Assembly (NCBI GenBank): GCA_963817385.1
Contig: CAWFOM010000004.1
Coordinates: forward strand, 1-64,000
DNA: 64,000 nucleotides
DNA from: an uncultured delta proteobacterium
GTDB lineage: Bacteria > Desulfobacterota > Syntrophia > Syntrophales > UBA5619
Direction: 5' to 3'
Position 1 is the first letter of the stretch; every line of letters begins with the position of its first letter. Both the position numbers and the translations under genes were made by a program. Positions 1 to 9,835 of the stretch are shown here, one piece after another. The notes under the pieces are model-generated. The model was not told the origin of the DNA and searched no databases. It saw only the letters and a list, made by a program, of their open reading frames with translations.

Positions 1-85
1 TTTGAAGGTGAGCGAAAGCGGATGCCGAAAAATGATATACGCCAGACCTTGAGTCCACCTACAAAGGGTGAATAGTTACGAGTTA

Positions 86-200
86 TTTAAACTGAGCATT
101 CCGCCGGACAAGCGAAGCGCGTCCGGCGGAATACCAGCGTTCAGCCGCAACGCTGGCGGTGCGAAGCGGCGACAGAGGCGTCGGCTGGAACGCTGATTGG
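86..200. mobile_element. Two overlapping attC-like imperfect inverted repeats
   Basis: AAC(90-92)-5 nt-ATTCCGCCGGAC(98-109)...GTCCGGCGGAAT(121-132)-6 nt-GTT(139-141). Second hairpin CAGCGTTCAGCCG(135-147)...CGGCTGGAACGCTG(182-195) has one extrahelical base. Confidence 0.45.
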
Positions 201-340
201 CAGCACTCCTCGGATCGCTTGTATTTACCTCCGTTACCTCCCGCTTCCTCCAATCAGCCCTCACCCAAGACTGAATGACGCTTCCCCAGCGGAAAAAATA
301 CAAAAGCAAATCCCAAATACCCTCGGCAGGAAACGGCTCA

Positions 341-399
341 GTTCAACCATGACTTGCAGACGGACCTGCCGGTCCGCTGCTAAGTCTTATTCGTTTATT
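341..399 (+). mobile_element. attC-like site
   Basis: GTTCAAC (RYYYAAC), 5-nt spacer, CTTGCAGACGGACC-TGCC-GGTCCGCTGCTAAG with bulged bases, then GTT at 393; abuts the GNAT stop codon. Confidence 0.5.
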
Positions 400-881
400 T
401 CTAACCATTTGTACATGACCAAGGCATCGACGTAGCCCTTGGATGGGTGGTGAAAAGCCTTTGGCAAGCGCCCGACTGTAGCAAAGCCAAGTTTATTCCA
501 GAGCCTTACGGCACCTTCATTACTGGATGCTACGAAATTGAACTGCATGGCCTTATAGCCGAGCTCCCTCGCTATGACTTGCGAGTGCCCGCACATTCGG
601 GTGGCTAAGCCGCGTCCTCTAGCAGCCGAGGAAACCATATAGCCGCAATTGCAGACGTGGTCGCCCGGGCCTGACTGGTTCGTTTTAATGTAGTAAGTGC
701 CCAAGACTTGCCCGTCCTCTTCCAGCACATAAGTTCTTTTGGGGGTATCTATCCAAATACTTAGCGCCTGCTCCTTGGTGATGTCTCGCGGGTATGAATA
801 GGTTTCTCCGGCTGCGGCGATCTCATGGAAAATCGGCCAAATCTGCTCAAAGTCTTCCCGAATGGCTTCACGAATATTCAT
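387..881 (-). CDS. GNAT family N-acetyltransferase
   Basis: Acetyl-CoA motif ARGRGLA, NEGAVRLWNKLGF; RBS AAGGAG. Confidence 0.9.
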   Translation of the reverse strand: MNIREAIREDFEQIWPIFHEIAAAGETYSYPRDITKEQALSIWIDTPKRTYVLEEDGQVLGTYYIKTNQSGPGDHVCNCGYMVSSAARGRGLATRMCGHSQVIARELGYKAMQFNFVASSNEGAVRLWNKLGFATVGRLPKAFHHPSKGYVDALVMYKWLEINE

Positions 882-902
882 GGTGTCCCGATCTCCTTGG
901 AG

Positions 903-928
903 ATATAACGCTGCCGCTCACCTGCCGC
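903..928 (-). mobile_element. attC right-half-like element directly upstream of the GNAT gene
   Basis: Minus strand reads GGTGAGC-GGCAGC-GTTATAT (L' box, 6 nt, R'-like core), then RBS and ATG. No clear left half. Confidence 0.4.
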
Positions 929-1067
929 TGCCCAACCGAGACTTTTCAGGTTCAGTCTTCCCGCAACTCGACGAGAAGGTTCTCTTGCACGGTCGTTGTG
1001 CCGTGAGCGATGGTGAACCGGTGCCGGAGCGCCAGGGCAAGGTCGCGGAGAATCAGCTTCATGGAAA

Positions 1068-2219
1068 TCACCCGATCTTCCGCAACGCCGCCAGCAAACT
1101 CGCGATCATCTCCGGCGTGTGCAGTGCGCAGACGGCAAACCGCAATGCGCCGTGCGGGCCGAGTCCGGAATAGACGGAAACGTAAGGCACGATGAACCCC
1201 GCCACTTTCAGCGCCTCGTGAATGCGCCGCATGTTGGCCGCATCGCCAATCTCCACGCTGAAGTTGGCCGCTGGACCGTCCGCGACTCCCAACCCCAACG
1301 CCCGCAGACCTGAGCGAAGCTGCGCGACGTTGGCCTGTAGTTGGCGGCGCAGTTCTGGATGGCGCTGCATGATTTCAATGGCCTTGGCGGTGGCGCCGGC
1401 GTCTGCCGAACTGGGCGCACTTGCGCCGTCGAAGTAATGAGATGCCTTGCGAACTCGCTGAAGGAATTCGCACGATCCGGGGATGATCCCGCCGAACCCG
1501 CCCATGGCTTTGGCCGTCGTGCCGCAAACCGTGAGCCGGACGCCTTCGTTCGTTGCGTTTCCGTTCACGTTCGGCCCCCACAGACCGAAGTGTTCGAGCG
1601 TCCCCAGGCCTTGCTCGCCGAGGACCGCGAAGCCGTGGGCATCATCCAGATGCAGCACGGCGCCGCCGCACTGCTGGAGCACGCGAAGGTAATCCGGCAC
1701 CGGCGCCAGCGCGCCCGACACCGAGAAGACGCCGTCGGTCAGCACAAGCGGTCTTTGATTTGGCAGCAATTCCTTCTGCAACCACCGAGCCAGATCAGCG
1801 GGCTCCCGGTGTTTGAACGACCTGACCGGCTTGCCAAGCAGACGTGCCGCTTCCACGAGACAGTAATGCGCTGCGTCATCCATGAACACGGCGTCCACCT
1901 GCCCCGCCAATCCCTGGAGCACAATGTGATTGGCCGCGTAACCCGACGAAAAATAGAATGCGTCCTCGGTCCCGAAGAATTCCGCCGCGCGTCGCTCCAC
2001 TGCGAGCGTGACGGGATTGTTACCGAAGCCAGTCCGCGAAGTCGCGCTGTGAACGCCGTATTGCCGGACAGCCGCGCAGGCCGCCTTGATAACTTCGGGA
2101 TGCCGTGCCAGCCCGAGATACCCCGTGCCCGCAAAGTAGAGGTAACGCTTCCCGTCAATGACCGTCACCGGCCCGGGCGCGCTGACCATGACAGGAACCG
2201 GTGATGCGAGTTTGTTCAT
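1068..2219 (-). CDS. PLP-dependent alpha-oxoamine synthase family protein (BioF/KBL-like)
   Basis: GYLGLARHP, SSGYAAN, DGVFSVSG, DDAHG, GTTAKA (PLP lysine). Confidence 0.85.
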   Translation of the reverse strand: MNKLASPVPVMVSAPGPVTVIDGKRYLYFAGTGYLGLARHPEVIKAACAAVRQYGVHSATSRTGFGNNPVTLAVERRAAEFFGTEDAFYFSSGYAANHIVLQGLAGQVDAVFMDDAAHYCLVEAARLLGKPVRSFKHREPADLARWLQKELLPNQRPLVLTDGVFSVSGALAPVPDYLRVLQQCGGAVLHLDDAHGFAVLGEQGLGTLEHFGLWGPNVNGNATNEGVRLTVCGTTAKAMGGFGGIIPGSCEFLQRVRKASHYFDGASAPSSADAGATAKAIEIMQRHPELRRQLQANVAQLRSGLRALGLGVADGPAANFSVEIGDAANMRRIHEALKVAGFIVPYVSVYSGLGPHGALRFAVCALHTPEMIASLLAALRKIG

Positions 2220-2292
2220 CAGTCGCCAACAGTGCTTCAGTGCTCTAAAAAACCGCTGAAAATGAAATGGCGGTGGTTATTGCCTCACCCGA

Positions 2293-3006
2293 TCATGGCT
2301 CTCCCAAGTAGGCTTTGCACACCATCTCGTTTTCGCTCAGATTCTCTGCGGTGTCGTGCAGCACGATGCGTCCGGTCTGCAGCACATAACCCCGACTCGC
2401 CACCTGGAGTGCCATGAGCGCGTTCTGCTCGACCAGGAGGATCGTGGTGCCCTGCGCGTGAATGTCTTGGATGATCTGGAAAATCGTTTCGACCAGAACC
2501 GGCGAAAGCCCCATACTCGGCTCGTCCAGAAGCAGGATGCTCGGACGCGACATCAAGGCACGTCCGATCGCCAGCATTTGCTGCTCTCCGCCGGAGAGTG
2601 TGCCGCCCGGCTGACCCCGTCGCTCTTTCAACCTCGGAAAGAGCGCAAATACACGTTCGATGTCTTGCTGGATGCCAACCTTGTCACTGCGGTGGAAGGC
2701 GCCCATTTCCAGATTCTCCAGCGTCGTCAGCCGGGGGAAGATGCGGCGGCCTTCCGGCGCCTGGCAGATGCCTAATGCGACGATGTCGTGAGCCGGAACG
2801 CGGTCTATCCGCCGTCCCTCGAACGTGATCGTTCCCTCTTTGGGCTGCAGCAAGCCGGAGATCGTCTTGAGCGTCGTCGTCTTGCCGGCCCCGTTCGAAC
2901 CGATGAGCGTAACGATCTCGCCCTTGTCGACGGTAACAGAGATACCTTTGAGAGCATGGATATTGCCGTAATACGTGTGAATGTTGTGAAGTTCAAATAG
3001 TGCCAT
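2293..3006 (-). CDS. livF: Branched-chain amino acid ABC transporter ATPase
   Basis: GSNGAGKTT, LSGGEQQMLAIGRALM, LLLDEPSMGL. Confidence 0.93.
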   Translation of the reverse strand: MALFELHNIHTYYGNIHALKGISVTVDKGEIVTLIGSNGAGKTTTLKTISGLLQPKEGTITFEGRRIDRVPAHDIVALGICQAPEGRRIFPRLTTLENLEMGAFHRSDKVGIQQDIERVFALFPRLKERRGQPGGTLSGGEQQMLAIGRALMSRPSILLLDEPSMGLSPVLVETIFQIIQDIHAQGTTILLVEQNALMALQVASRGYVLQTGRIVLHDTAENLSENEMVCKAYLGEP

Positions 3007-3826
3007 CTTCCTGGCTCCCTGTTCCCGCCACGACCTTTTGTTTTACTCGCCGGATCCCCGCGGCGACCCCTTTGCCCAGATACGCTTCGATGACTTTAGG
3101 ATTGGCACGCACCTGCTCCGGCGTCCCTTCCGCGATTTTGGCGCCATAATCCAGAACTGTGATACATTCCGAGATGCCCATCACCACTTTCATATCGTGC
3201 TCGATCAACAAGATCGTGATATCCAGCTCGTCGCGCACGCGCTTGATCAGTGCCATCGCGTCTACTGTTTCCTGCGGATTCATCCCGGCAGTAGGCTCGT
3301 CCAGAAGCATCAGTTTCGGATTGGTCGCCAGAGCGCGTGCAATCTCCAACCGGCGCTGAAGTCCGTAGGGAAGGTTCTTGGCGAGCGTCTGGCCTTTGCC
3401 GCCCAATCCAACATACGCCAAGAGCTCCTGAGCGCGCTCACGCGCTTTGGCCTCCTCCTGCATCACAGACCGCGTTCGCAGCAGTGCGCCGTACCAGCTC
3501 GACTTCAAGCGGCAATTCATGCCGACCAGCACATTCTCGAGAGCGGTCATGTTGCTGAAGAGACGGATATTTTGGAAAGTCCGCCCCAGCCCCAGCGCAG
3601 TGGCGCGATTGGGACGCAGGCCGCCGATCTCCTTGCCCTCCAACAACATCTGACCCGACGTCGGCTTGTAAATGCCGGAGACCATGTTGAAAAAGGTCGT
3701 TTTGCCTGCGCCGTTCGGGCCGATCAGGCTTGCGATCGTGCCTTTCTCGATTTTGAGGTCGAGGTCGTACAGCGCTGCCAAGCCGCCAAAGTGCTTACTG
3801 ATTCTTCGAGCTTCCAACAAGGCCAT
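2993..3826 (-). CDS. livG: Branched-chain amino acid ABC transporter ATPase
   Basis: GPNGAGKTT, RTFQNIRLF, LPYGLQRRLEIARALA, VIEAYLG; start set at ATG 3826 after RBS GGAGGAG. Confidence 0.93.
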   Translation of the reverse strand: MALLEARRISKHFGGLAALYDLDLKIEKGTIASLIGPNGAGKTTFFNMVSGIYKPTSGQMLLEGKEIGGLRPNRATALGLGRTFQNIRLFSNMTALENVLVGMNCRLKSSWYGALLRTRSVMQEEAKARERAQELLAYVGLGGKGQTLAKNLPYGLQRRLEIARALATNPKLMLLDEPTAGMNPQETVDAMALIKRVRDELDITILLIEHDMKVVMGISECITVLDYGAKIAEGTPEQVRANPKVIEAYLGKGVAAGIRRVKQKVVAGTGSQEDGTI

Positions 3827-3840
3827 GGCGATCTCCTCCG

Positions 3841-4989
3841 TTATTCTCTTTCTGCCGGCCGGGGCGTTTCTTCCTCCGCCGCGTGCAGTTCGGCGCGTCG
3901 TACGGCGCTGGGAAAGAGTCCTTCCGGTCTGAGCACCATGACGACGACCATCGTCAAGCCAAAGAAGAACCATCGCCACAGAGAGAGATCAATCGTTGCC
4001 AGCGGAGCAATGTGAAGTGCCTGGCCGATGCTCTGCGCGAAGATGGTGGTCTGAGTCAGGACGACGCGGTCAAAGAGCTGGAGCAACATGCCGCCGATCA
4101 CGACACCCTTGATGTTGCCCATGCCGCCGAGAATGACCATGCACAGGATCATGACCGACAAATTGAACTTGAACAACTCCGGGAAGATCGCCTGCAGCTT
4201 GGCCGCGTAGAACGCTCCCGCAAAACCGGAAAAAGAGGCGCCGATAGCAAAAGCCAGGAGCTTGGTTCGAATGGGGTCAACCCCCATGCAGTCCGCTGCG
4301 GTCTCGTCCTCGCGCAGCGCCATCCAGGCTCGACCCAGGCGCGAATCCTGCAGGCGCGCGTTCGCTAAAATGACGAGGGCGGCAATGACCAGGATCAGGT
4401 AATACCAGGGCATAGGGTCGAAGCTGAACTTAAATCCCCAGAGCCACGGCCGACCGACCGGGTTCAGTCCCTGCACCCCGTTGGTCAAGTTAAAGTCGTT
4501 GAGCAGCCGCCAGGGCCCAACACCAATCGTCACACTGCCCAAATTACGGATGACGACAGGCACGATCTCGCCAAAAGCCAGCGTGACGATGGCCAGATAG
4601 TCACCGCGGAGGCGCAGCGTTGGCGTGCCGATGATGATGCCGAAAAACGCGGCAACGATCACGGCGGCCCAGATAACGATCCAAAAGTTCAATTCCAGGT
4701 GATGCGGCGGCCAGGTGAGGATGCCCGTGGTGTACGCGCCAATCGCAAAAAACGCGGCGTAACCCAGGTCGAGCAGGCCGGCATAGCCGACGACGATGTT
4801 CAGGCCCAGGGCCAGGATCACGAGAACAAGCACGTCGGTTACATCGTTGACGACTCCCCAATTGAACGCCTTGTCCACCAGTGGGAAGGTCAGGAGCAGA
4901 AGAATCAGGAAGGCCCAGGTGAGGATCTGGCGCTGCCTATCCGGCAGTGCTCGCCAGGGCGCTGTCAATGAATGCCAAATTTGAGCCAT
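3841..4989 (-). CDS. livM: Branched-chain amino acid ABC transporter permease
   Basis: GLNIVVGYAGLLDLGY, LRLRGDYLAIVTLAFGEI, GRAWMALREDE. Confidence 0.93.
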   Translation of the reverse strand: MAQIWHSLTAPWRALPDRQRQILTWAFLILLLLTFPLVDKAFNWGVVNDVTDVLVLVILALGLNIVVGYAGLLDLGYAAFFAIGAYTTGILTWPPHHLELNFWIVIWAAVIVAAFFGIIIGTPTLRLRGDYLAIVTLAFGEIVPVVIRNLGSVTIGVGPWRLLNDFNLTNGVQGLNPVGRPWLWGFKFSFDPMPWYYLILVIAALVILANARLQDSRLGRAWMALREDETAADCMGVDPIRTKLLAFAIGASFSGFAGAFYAAKLQAIFPELFKFNLSVMILCMVILGGMGNIKGVVIGGMLLQLFDRVVLTQTTIFAQSIGQALHIAPLATIDLSLWRWFFFGLTMVVVMVLRPEGLFPSAVRRAELHAAEEETPRPAERE

Positions 4990-4998
4990 AGACCCCCC

Positions 4999-5937
4999 TC
5001 AGTCTCTCTCCGGTGTCCGCTCGCCCAGGAGCCCGGATGGTTTGAAGACCAGCACCAGGATCAGTATTGTAAAGACTAGGGCACGCGTCCATTCCGAGGA
5101 GAGATACTGATCGCTGCCGGCGTTGAGAAAACCGATGACGTAGCTGCCCAGCACCGCGCCGCCGATATTGCCGATGCCTCCCAAGACCGCGGAGGTAAAG
5201 GCCAGAAGACCGGCGTCAAAGCCCATCAGGTAACGGCCTGTGTTCAAGTAGATGCCGACCATCATGCCGGCCGCACCGGCGAGGGCGCCGCCGATAAAGA
5301 ACGTGTTGCGAATCACTTTCTCGACGTTGATACCCATGAGCGCCGCCGCCTCGCGGTCCTGGGCCGTGGCCCGCATGGCCTTGCCCATCTTGGTGCTCCG
5401 GATGAACAGGGTCAAGACTACCATCAACGGCACGGTGACGCCCATCAGAAACACATCTTTGGTCGTAAACAGCACGGCTGTCTTCATTCCCAACACATCG
5501 TTTAGAATATCGATCACGGGGAAGATGTTCGGATAGTTGATCTGGCTGGGGCCCTTCCAGATCATTCCCAAATTCTCCAACATGAAGGACATACCGACGG
5601 CCGTGATGAGCACAGCCAGGCGCGGGGCGCGGCGCAACGGCTTATAGCCGATGCGATCGATCAGCATATTCATCGTTCCCGTGCAGAGCATGGTCACAAA
5701 CATGACCCCGAAGGTAATGACCCACAGTTGCCAGCCTCCCAGGGTGGTGTTGGCATCAAGAAATCCCAGGAAGGTCAGCGAGATCAGGAAACCGAACATG
5801 TAGACGTCGCCGTGGGCGAAATTGATAAGCTCAATGATGCCGTACACCATGGTGTAGCCCAGGGCGATCAAGGCCAGGTATGAGCCGATCGTGACGGCGT
5901 TGATGAGGAGTTGAATGAAAAGTTCAGTCTGGGTCAT
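4999..5937 (-). CDS. livH: Branched-chain amino acid ABC transporter permease
   Basis: ALGYTMVYGIIELINFAHGD, GKAMRATAQD, VLGGIGNIGGA. Confidence 0.93.
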   Translation of the reverse strand: MTQTELFIQLLINAVTIGSYLALIALGYTMVYGIIELINFAHGDVYMFGFLISLTFLGFLDANTTLGGWQLWVITFGVMFVTMLCTGTMNMLIDRIGYKPLRRAPRLAVLITAVGMSFMLENLGMIWKGPSQINYPNIFPVIDILNDVLGMKTAVLFTTKDVFLMGVTVPLMVVLTLFIRSTKMGKAMRATAQDREAAALMGINVEKVIRNTFFIGGALAGAAGMMVGIYLNTGRYLMGFDAGLLAFTSAVLGGIGNIGGAVLGSYVIGFLNAGSDQYLSSEWTRALVFTILILVLVFKPSGLLGERTPERD

Positions 5938-6011
5938 CTAATCCCATCCCCTTTTAAGATAATTTGAGGATCTTCTTAGCACCACGCACATGCGCTGATG
6001 ACTTTCAAAAC

Positions 6012-6047
6012 TTGCCCTGGCGATGAAGAGGCTCATCGCCAGGGCGA
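6012..6047. terminator. Strong intergenic hairpin between livK and livH
   Basis: GCCCTGGCGATGA...TCATCGCCAGGGC 13-bp stem; terminator or mRNA-stabilising stem. Confidence 0.55.
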
Positions 6048-6068
6048 GACGAGATTCCCTTAAAGCTG

Positions 6069-7337
6069 CTATTTGCAGGTCATGTCGCCACTGATATTTT
6101 TCTGCCAGACGTACTTGCCGTCTTTGAATAGAAACCCGGACATCAGGTAGGTCGTTGGATCACCGTTGGCGTCGAAGGTGATCTTGCCGGAAACACCGTT
6201 CAGATCCTTGGTGGCAAGCATCGCGTCGAGGACCGCAGCGCGCTTGGCCTTGACGTCAGCGGCTTTGTCAAGCTTTGGCGCAGCCCGTTTGATCGAATCC
6301 CGGATTACCAACATGCTGTTGTAGGCGTAGATGGACCACCCGATGGGATCCGCGCCGTACTTGACCTTGTAGTTCTTATAAAAGTTCTTGCCTACGTCGG
6401 TGGGCAGCTGATCCAGAGCCGGGCTGGCAAATGTCACGTACAGTTTGCCGTTGAGGATGTTCGGGCTGACCGCTTTGGGAACGGCGTCGGAATACATCGC
6501 GTCGTCGGAGAGCAGTTTCACGCCCGCCTTGAACAGTCCCAGTGCGTCCATTTGCTGTGCGATCTGAGGACCGCCGGAATCCACTAACCCGCCAAAATAA
6601 ATAAGGTCTGCACCGGAGGCTTTGACTTTGGTGAGCAGAGCACGAAAGTCGATATTCACGGACTCAATGCCATCGTGTGCGGCGACTTGCAGCCCGATCT
6701 TCTTGGCGCTCTTCTCGAATACGTCGGCGATGCCCTTGCCGTACAGTTGGCGGTCGTCGAGGATGTAAACCTTCTTGAAGCCGAGGCATTTTGCCCACGC
6801 CGCACCGGATGCGCCCTGGAAATCATCCGCGCCGAACGTACGGAAGTAGTTGACCTTGCCGGTCGGGCGGTAGATGCCCGGTTCGCCGGGGCCATAGCCG
6901 CTCTTGGTCAGGCCGGGATAACTGTTCGCGGGGGTGATCTGCGCCATACCGGCCTCGTTGGTCAAGGGCATGGAGATCTTGGCAGCGCCGGAATTGTAGG
7001 TGCCAAAGTAAACCATGGCTTGGTTGTCGGCGATGGCTTTTTGGGCGTTGTTGGCCTCGATGGTGCCGTCCCACGAGCCGGTGGTAGGCGAAGCATCATC
7101 CAGGAAAACCAACTCGATTTTGTAGCCCGCAACCTGCCCTTTCACTTCGTCCAGCGCCATCTTGGCGGCATTCAACATGGCCGTGCCTTCAGGGATCATG
7201 GACCCCTGCATCGGCCAACTCGCGTAAATCTTGATCACCTTGCCAGCTGCCGGTGTTTGAGCCGCATCCGGACTGGCCGCGAAAATAATGAATAAGCTGC
7301 ATAATGCTACGAGCGAAATGATACGAAACGTTTTCAT
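6069..7337 (-). CDS. livK: Branched-chain amino acid ABC transporter substrate-binding protein
   Basis: Signal peptide MKTFRIISLVALCSLF, GTYNSG, YGKGIAD, GKITFDANGD; first gene of the operon, RBS GAGGAGG. Confidence 0.88.
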   Translation of the reverse strand: MKTFRIISLVALCSLFIIFAASPDAAQTPAAGKVIKIYASWPMQGSMIPEGTAMLNAAKMALDEVKGQVAGYKIELVFLDDASPTTGSWDGTIEANNAQKAIADNQAMVYFGTYNSGAAKISMPLTNEAGMAQITPANSYPGLTKSGYGPGEPGIYRPTGKVNYFRTFGADDFQGASGAAWAKCLGFKKVYILDDRQLYGKGIADVFEKSAKKIGLQVAAHDGIESVNIDFRALLTKVKASGADLIYFGGLVDSGGPQIAQQMDALGLFKAGVKLLSDDAMYSDAVPKAVSPNILNGKLYVTFASPALDQLPTDVGKNFYKNYKVKYGADPIGWSIYAYNSMLVIRDSIKRAAPKLDKAADVKAKRAAVLDAMLATKDLNGVSGKITFDANGDPTTYLMSGFLFKDGKYVWQKNISGDMTCK

Positions 7338-8265
7338 TGCAAGACCCTCCTCTTCATAAAATGTTTGTGGAGATCGAAGCATGCCGAGACTCGATTTGGG
7401 AGCCGACCCCTTGCCTCGGTCAATGCCCGTGTCGTTGTCGCATCCTCGCCGCAGCCCGGCCGAGGATTTTCGATGGCTCAATCCCCCCTCTCGAAGACTG
7501 GACGTACCTTTTTAAAGGCGTCCGCGCCAAATGCCACCCGCAGTCCGTTGGCCAATCGCTCGCCCAGCGCGTTCAAACGTGCAATCTCCTCTTTTGGCAT
7601 CTTTGCTTCGACGGCTTTCACTATTTCCCGCCAGCCATTAGCCCTCTACCTCGGACATCACCGGTTTTTATCCCTTTAGGATTTATCGCTTTAATCTTCC
7701 TTCTTAAGCTGTCTCCCTTTATTGAGGCAGTTTGCGGGATTTCCTCACGCTCTAGATGGCTGATGTTCGCAAGCGATGCAGCGTATGAAACAATTATTGA
7801 ATTGAATTGATAAGAATTCCCTTTGGGGAAGGGACTGTATCGAAAATTTATGGTTGCGTGCGAAACTCATATAAACCGCAACATATGGAAGCCTATCGGT
7901 TGTGGTAACAGTGGTAACAATTGAGACGCGGATACCAAAAACGAGCCGGGTTGTCAAGAGCAGTTTTCACACAACCATGCTAAATTATGGTTATCTCAGT
8001 TTTCATCCGTGTCATTTACTTAAAAATCCCCTTAGCTTGCAGGGTCATTCATTTTTATCTTTTCTGTATTTAAGCAATAACTGGTAGGGGGAAGGAGCGT
8101 TTCTGTTCCAAGAAAGATAAATTGGACACATGGCGTATACTTGCTTTCGAACCGAATTCAGTGATCTGGACCGACCAGCCCATGTGTAGAGAGTATTTGA
8201 ACTGGGCGAGTCACCCTGGCTATGTAACCATCTCCTAAACCATTACATCCTTATTGTTCAAGTCT

Positions 8266-9462
8266 TCACCGCACCGTTTTCCAGATGGTTAGCAATCCGC
8301 CAAGGCCGCACAGTAGTAGCACACTGACGGCGATGGCACCGCTGTTGGCATATTGCGGCATAAATTGCAGCGATGCTGCGCCGACCGCTGGACCGATGCA
8401 GTTGCCCACACCGATTGCGGCCTCGTGGATGCCACCATGCTCGCCTTTAGCCTCGCCAACATCCATCGAGTAAAACAGCGACGAGTAATAAATCAGCCCG
8501 ATGGCGCCGCCAAAAAAGATTTGCGCAATGAGCAGAGCTGCCAGACTCGGTACGATGAGAATCACAGCGAACGAAACAACAAGCAACCCACATGCTGTCA
8601 CCAGCCAGCGAAACCGGTAATGCCAGTCCGTCCAGAGCCACAAAGCGATGAATGTGCCAAGTCGCGAGAAACACCATAGCGAACAGGCAAATCCGGCAAA
8701 CATGGGCGAGAGGTGGAAGCGCTCAGCCACTGTGGGCAGCATGGGGATGAATGTGTTGATGGCAATGTAGGCGAACGGGTTCGCGAGCCATGCCATGCGG
8801 AGAAACGCCTTGGTTTTGGCGGGCGACGGCCGATGCGGATCGGGAATCGGCGTGGGTGAGGGTCCATTGCCGGCGGTGTGTGCAAGGTCGTTCGCGTGTT
8901 TTTCCAGCCAGAAAGCCAGGGCAAGTTGGGTGGCCAAAAGTGCGGTTGGCAGAAAAAAAATAGTTCCGAACCCGAATTTTTCAACAAGTGTACCGCCGCC
9001 AAAAAGAGCCAGACCGCTTGTTGCGGCCCAAACGACGTTGAAGGTGCCGACCGCCCGCGGCAAACCCACCGCGTCTTCGCCTTCGCTCACGAGCGCTTCA
9101 ATCGCCGGCCACAGGAAACACTGGCCGATGTTGAGCATTATGGTGGCCAACACCAAGCCCACTGTGGAATGTAGTTTAGCGAGCTGTGAGCCTGCTGCCA
9201 GCGCAACAAGTATTATGCTTAAGCCGAGCTTGAGCGCGTTAAAATAACCGTGCCGATGCGCGAACCGTCCAGCCTGCCAAGAGGCAAAAACATAAATGAA
9301 ACCGTTTAACGCAGCAAAGGTGAGATTGTCCTTGCCGCTGAAGCCGAACTGATCCCGCATGAAAAAGTAGAGGTAATAAAAGTAGAACGATACCGCAAAG
9401 GAACCCACGCCCCCGAGCGTGAAACAGGAGACCTTAAAGAGGTGGCTTTTGGGGGTAATCAT
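8266..9462 (-). CDS. MFS transporter
   Basis: About 12 hydrophobic segments in two halves with a central hydrophilic loop; motif-A-like GRFAHRHG. Confidence 0.8.
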   Translation of the reverse strand: MITPKSHLFKVSCFTLGGVGSFAVSFYFYYLYFFMRDQFGFSGKDNLTFAALNGFIYVFASWQAGRFAHRHGYFNALKLGLSIILVALAAGSQLAKLHSTVGLVLATIMLNIGQCFLWPAIEALVSEGEDAVGLPRAVGTFNVVWAATSGLALFGGGTLVEKFGFGTIFFLPTALLATQLALAFWLEKHANDLAHTAGNGPSPTPIPDPHRPSPAKTKAFLRMAWLANPFAYIAINTFIPMLPTVAERFHLSPMFAGFACSLWCFSRLGTFIALWLWTDWHYRFRWLVTACGLLVVSFAVILIVPSLAALLIAQIFFGGAIGLIYYSSLFYSMDVGEAKGEHGGIHEAAIGVGNCIGPAVGAASLQFMPQYANSGAIAVSVLLLCGLGGLLTIWKTVR

Positions 9463-9714
9463 ATAATCGCCTTTGGTGCGTAACGCCGGTCACATATATC
9501 GTCTTCTTCATTGGTAAGGTCTTGCTTTTGCGCGCGTTGAGGATAGGGAGAGGCGTCTTGTATGTCAAGGATATTTTGCCACAACATGTTTTAGAGAGCT
9601 TCGCGGGCTCGCCTCTTGCCTCCCCGTCTTTCTCATGCTCGCCCTCGGCGTAAAAATAACCGGCCTGAATCACCCGGAACAGGAACGCCTGTTTTCCCGA
9701 AGTAATGATTTGTC

Positions 9715-9743
9715 TTGACAACCGCCGACCGATGAGGTAGAAA
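9715..9743 (+). promoter_or_regulatory. Putative sigma70 promoter of prfC
   Basis: TTGACA-17 nt-TAGAAA. Confidence 0.45.
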
Positions 9744-9835
9744 AGCCGCGATCTTACGCGAGGATTCGCTCCCCAGAGCCCGGAGGCTGTTGGGGATTTT
9801 TTTTCGGGCAGGGGGGAGTTGGAACAGGAAGGAAT

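Noticed and set aside
2220..2245. GTTGGCG just before the BioF-like start as an attC core
   Set aside because: No complementary arm was found.
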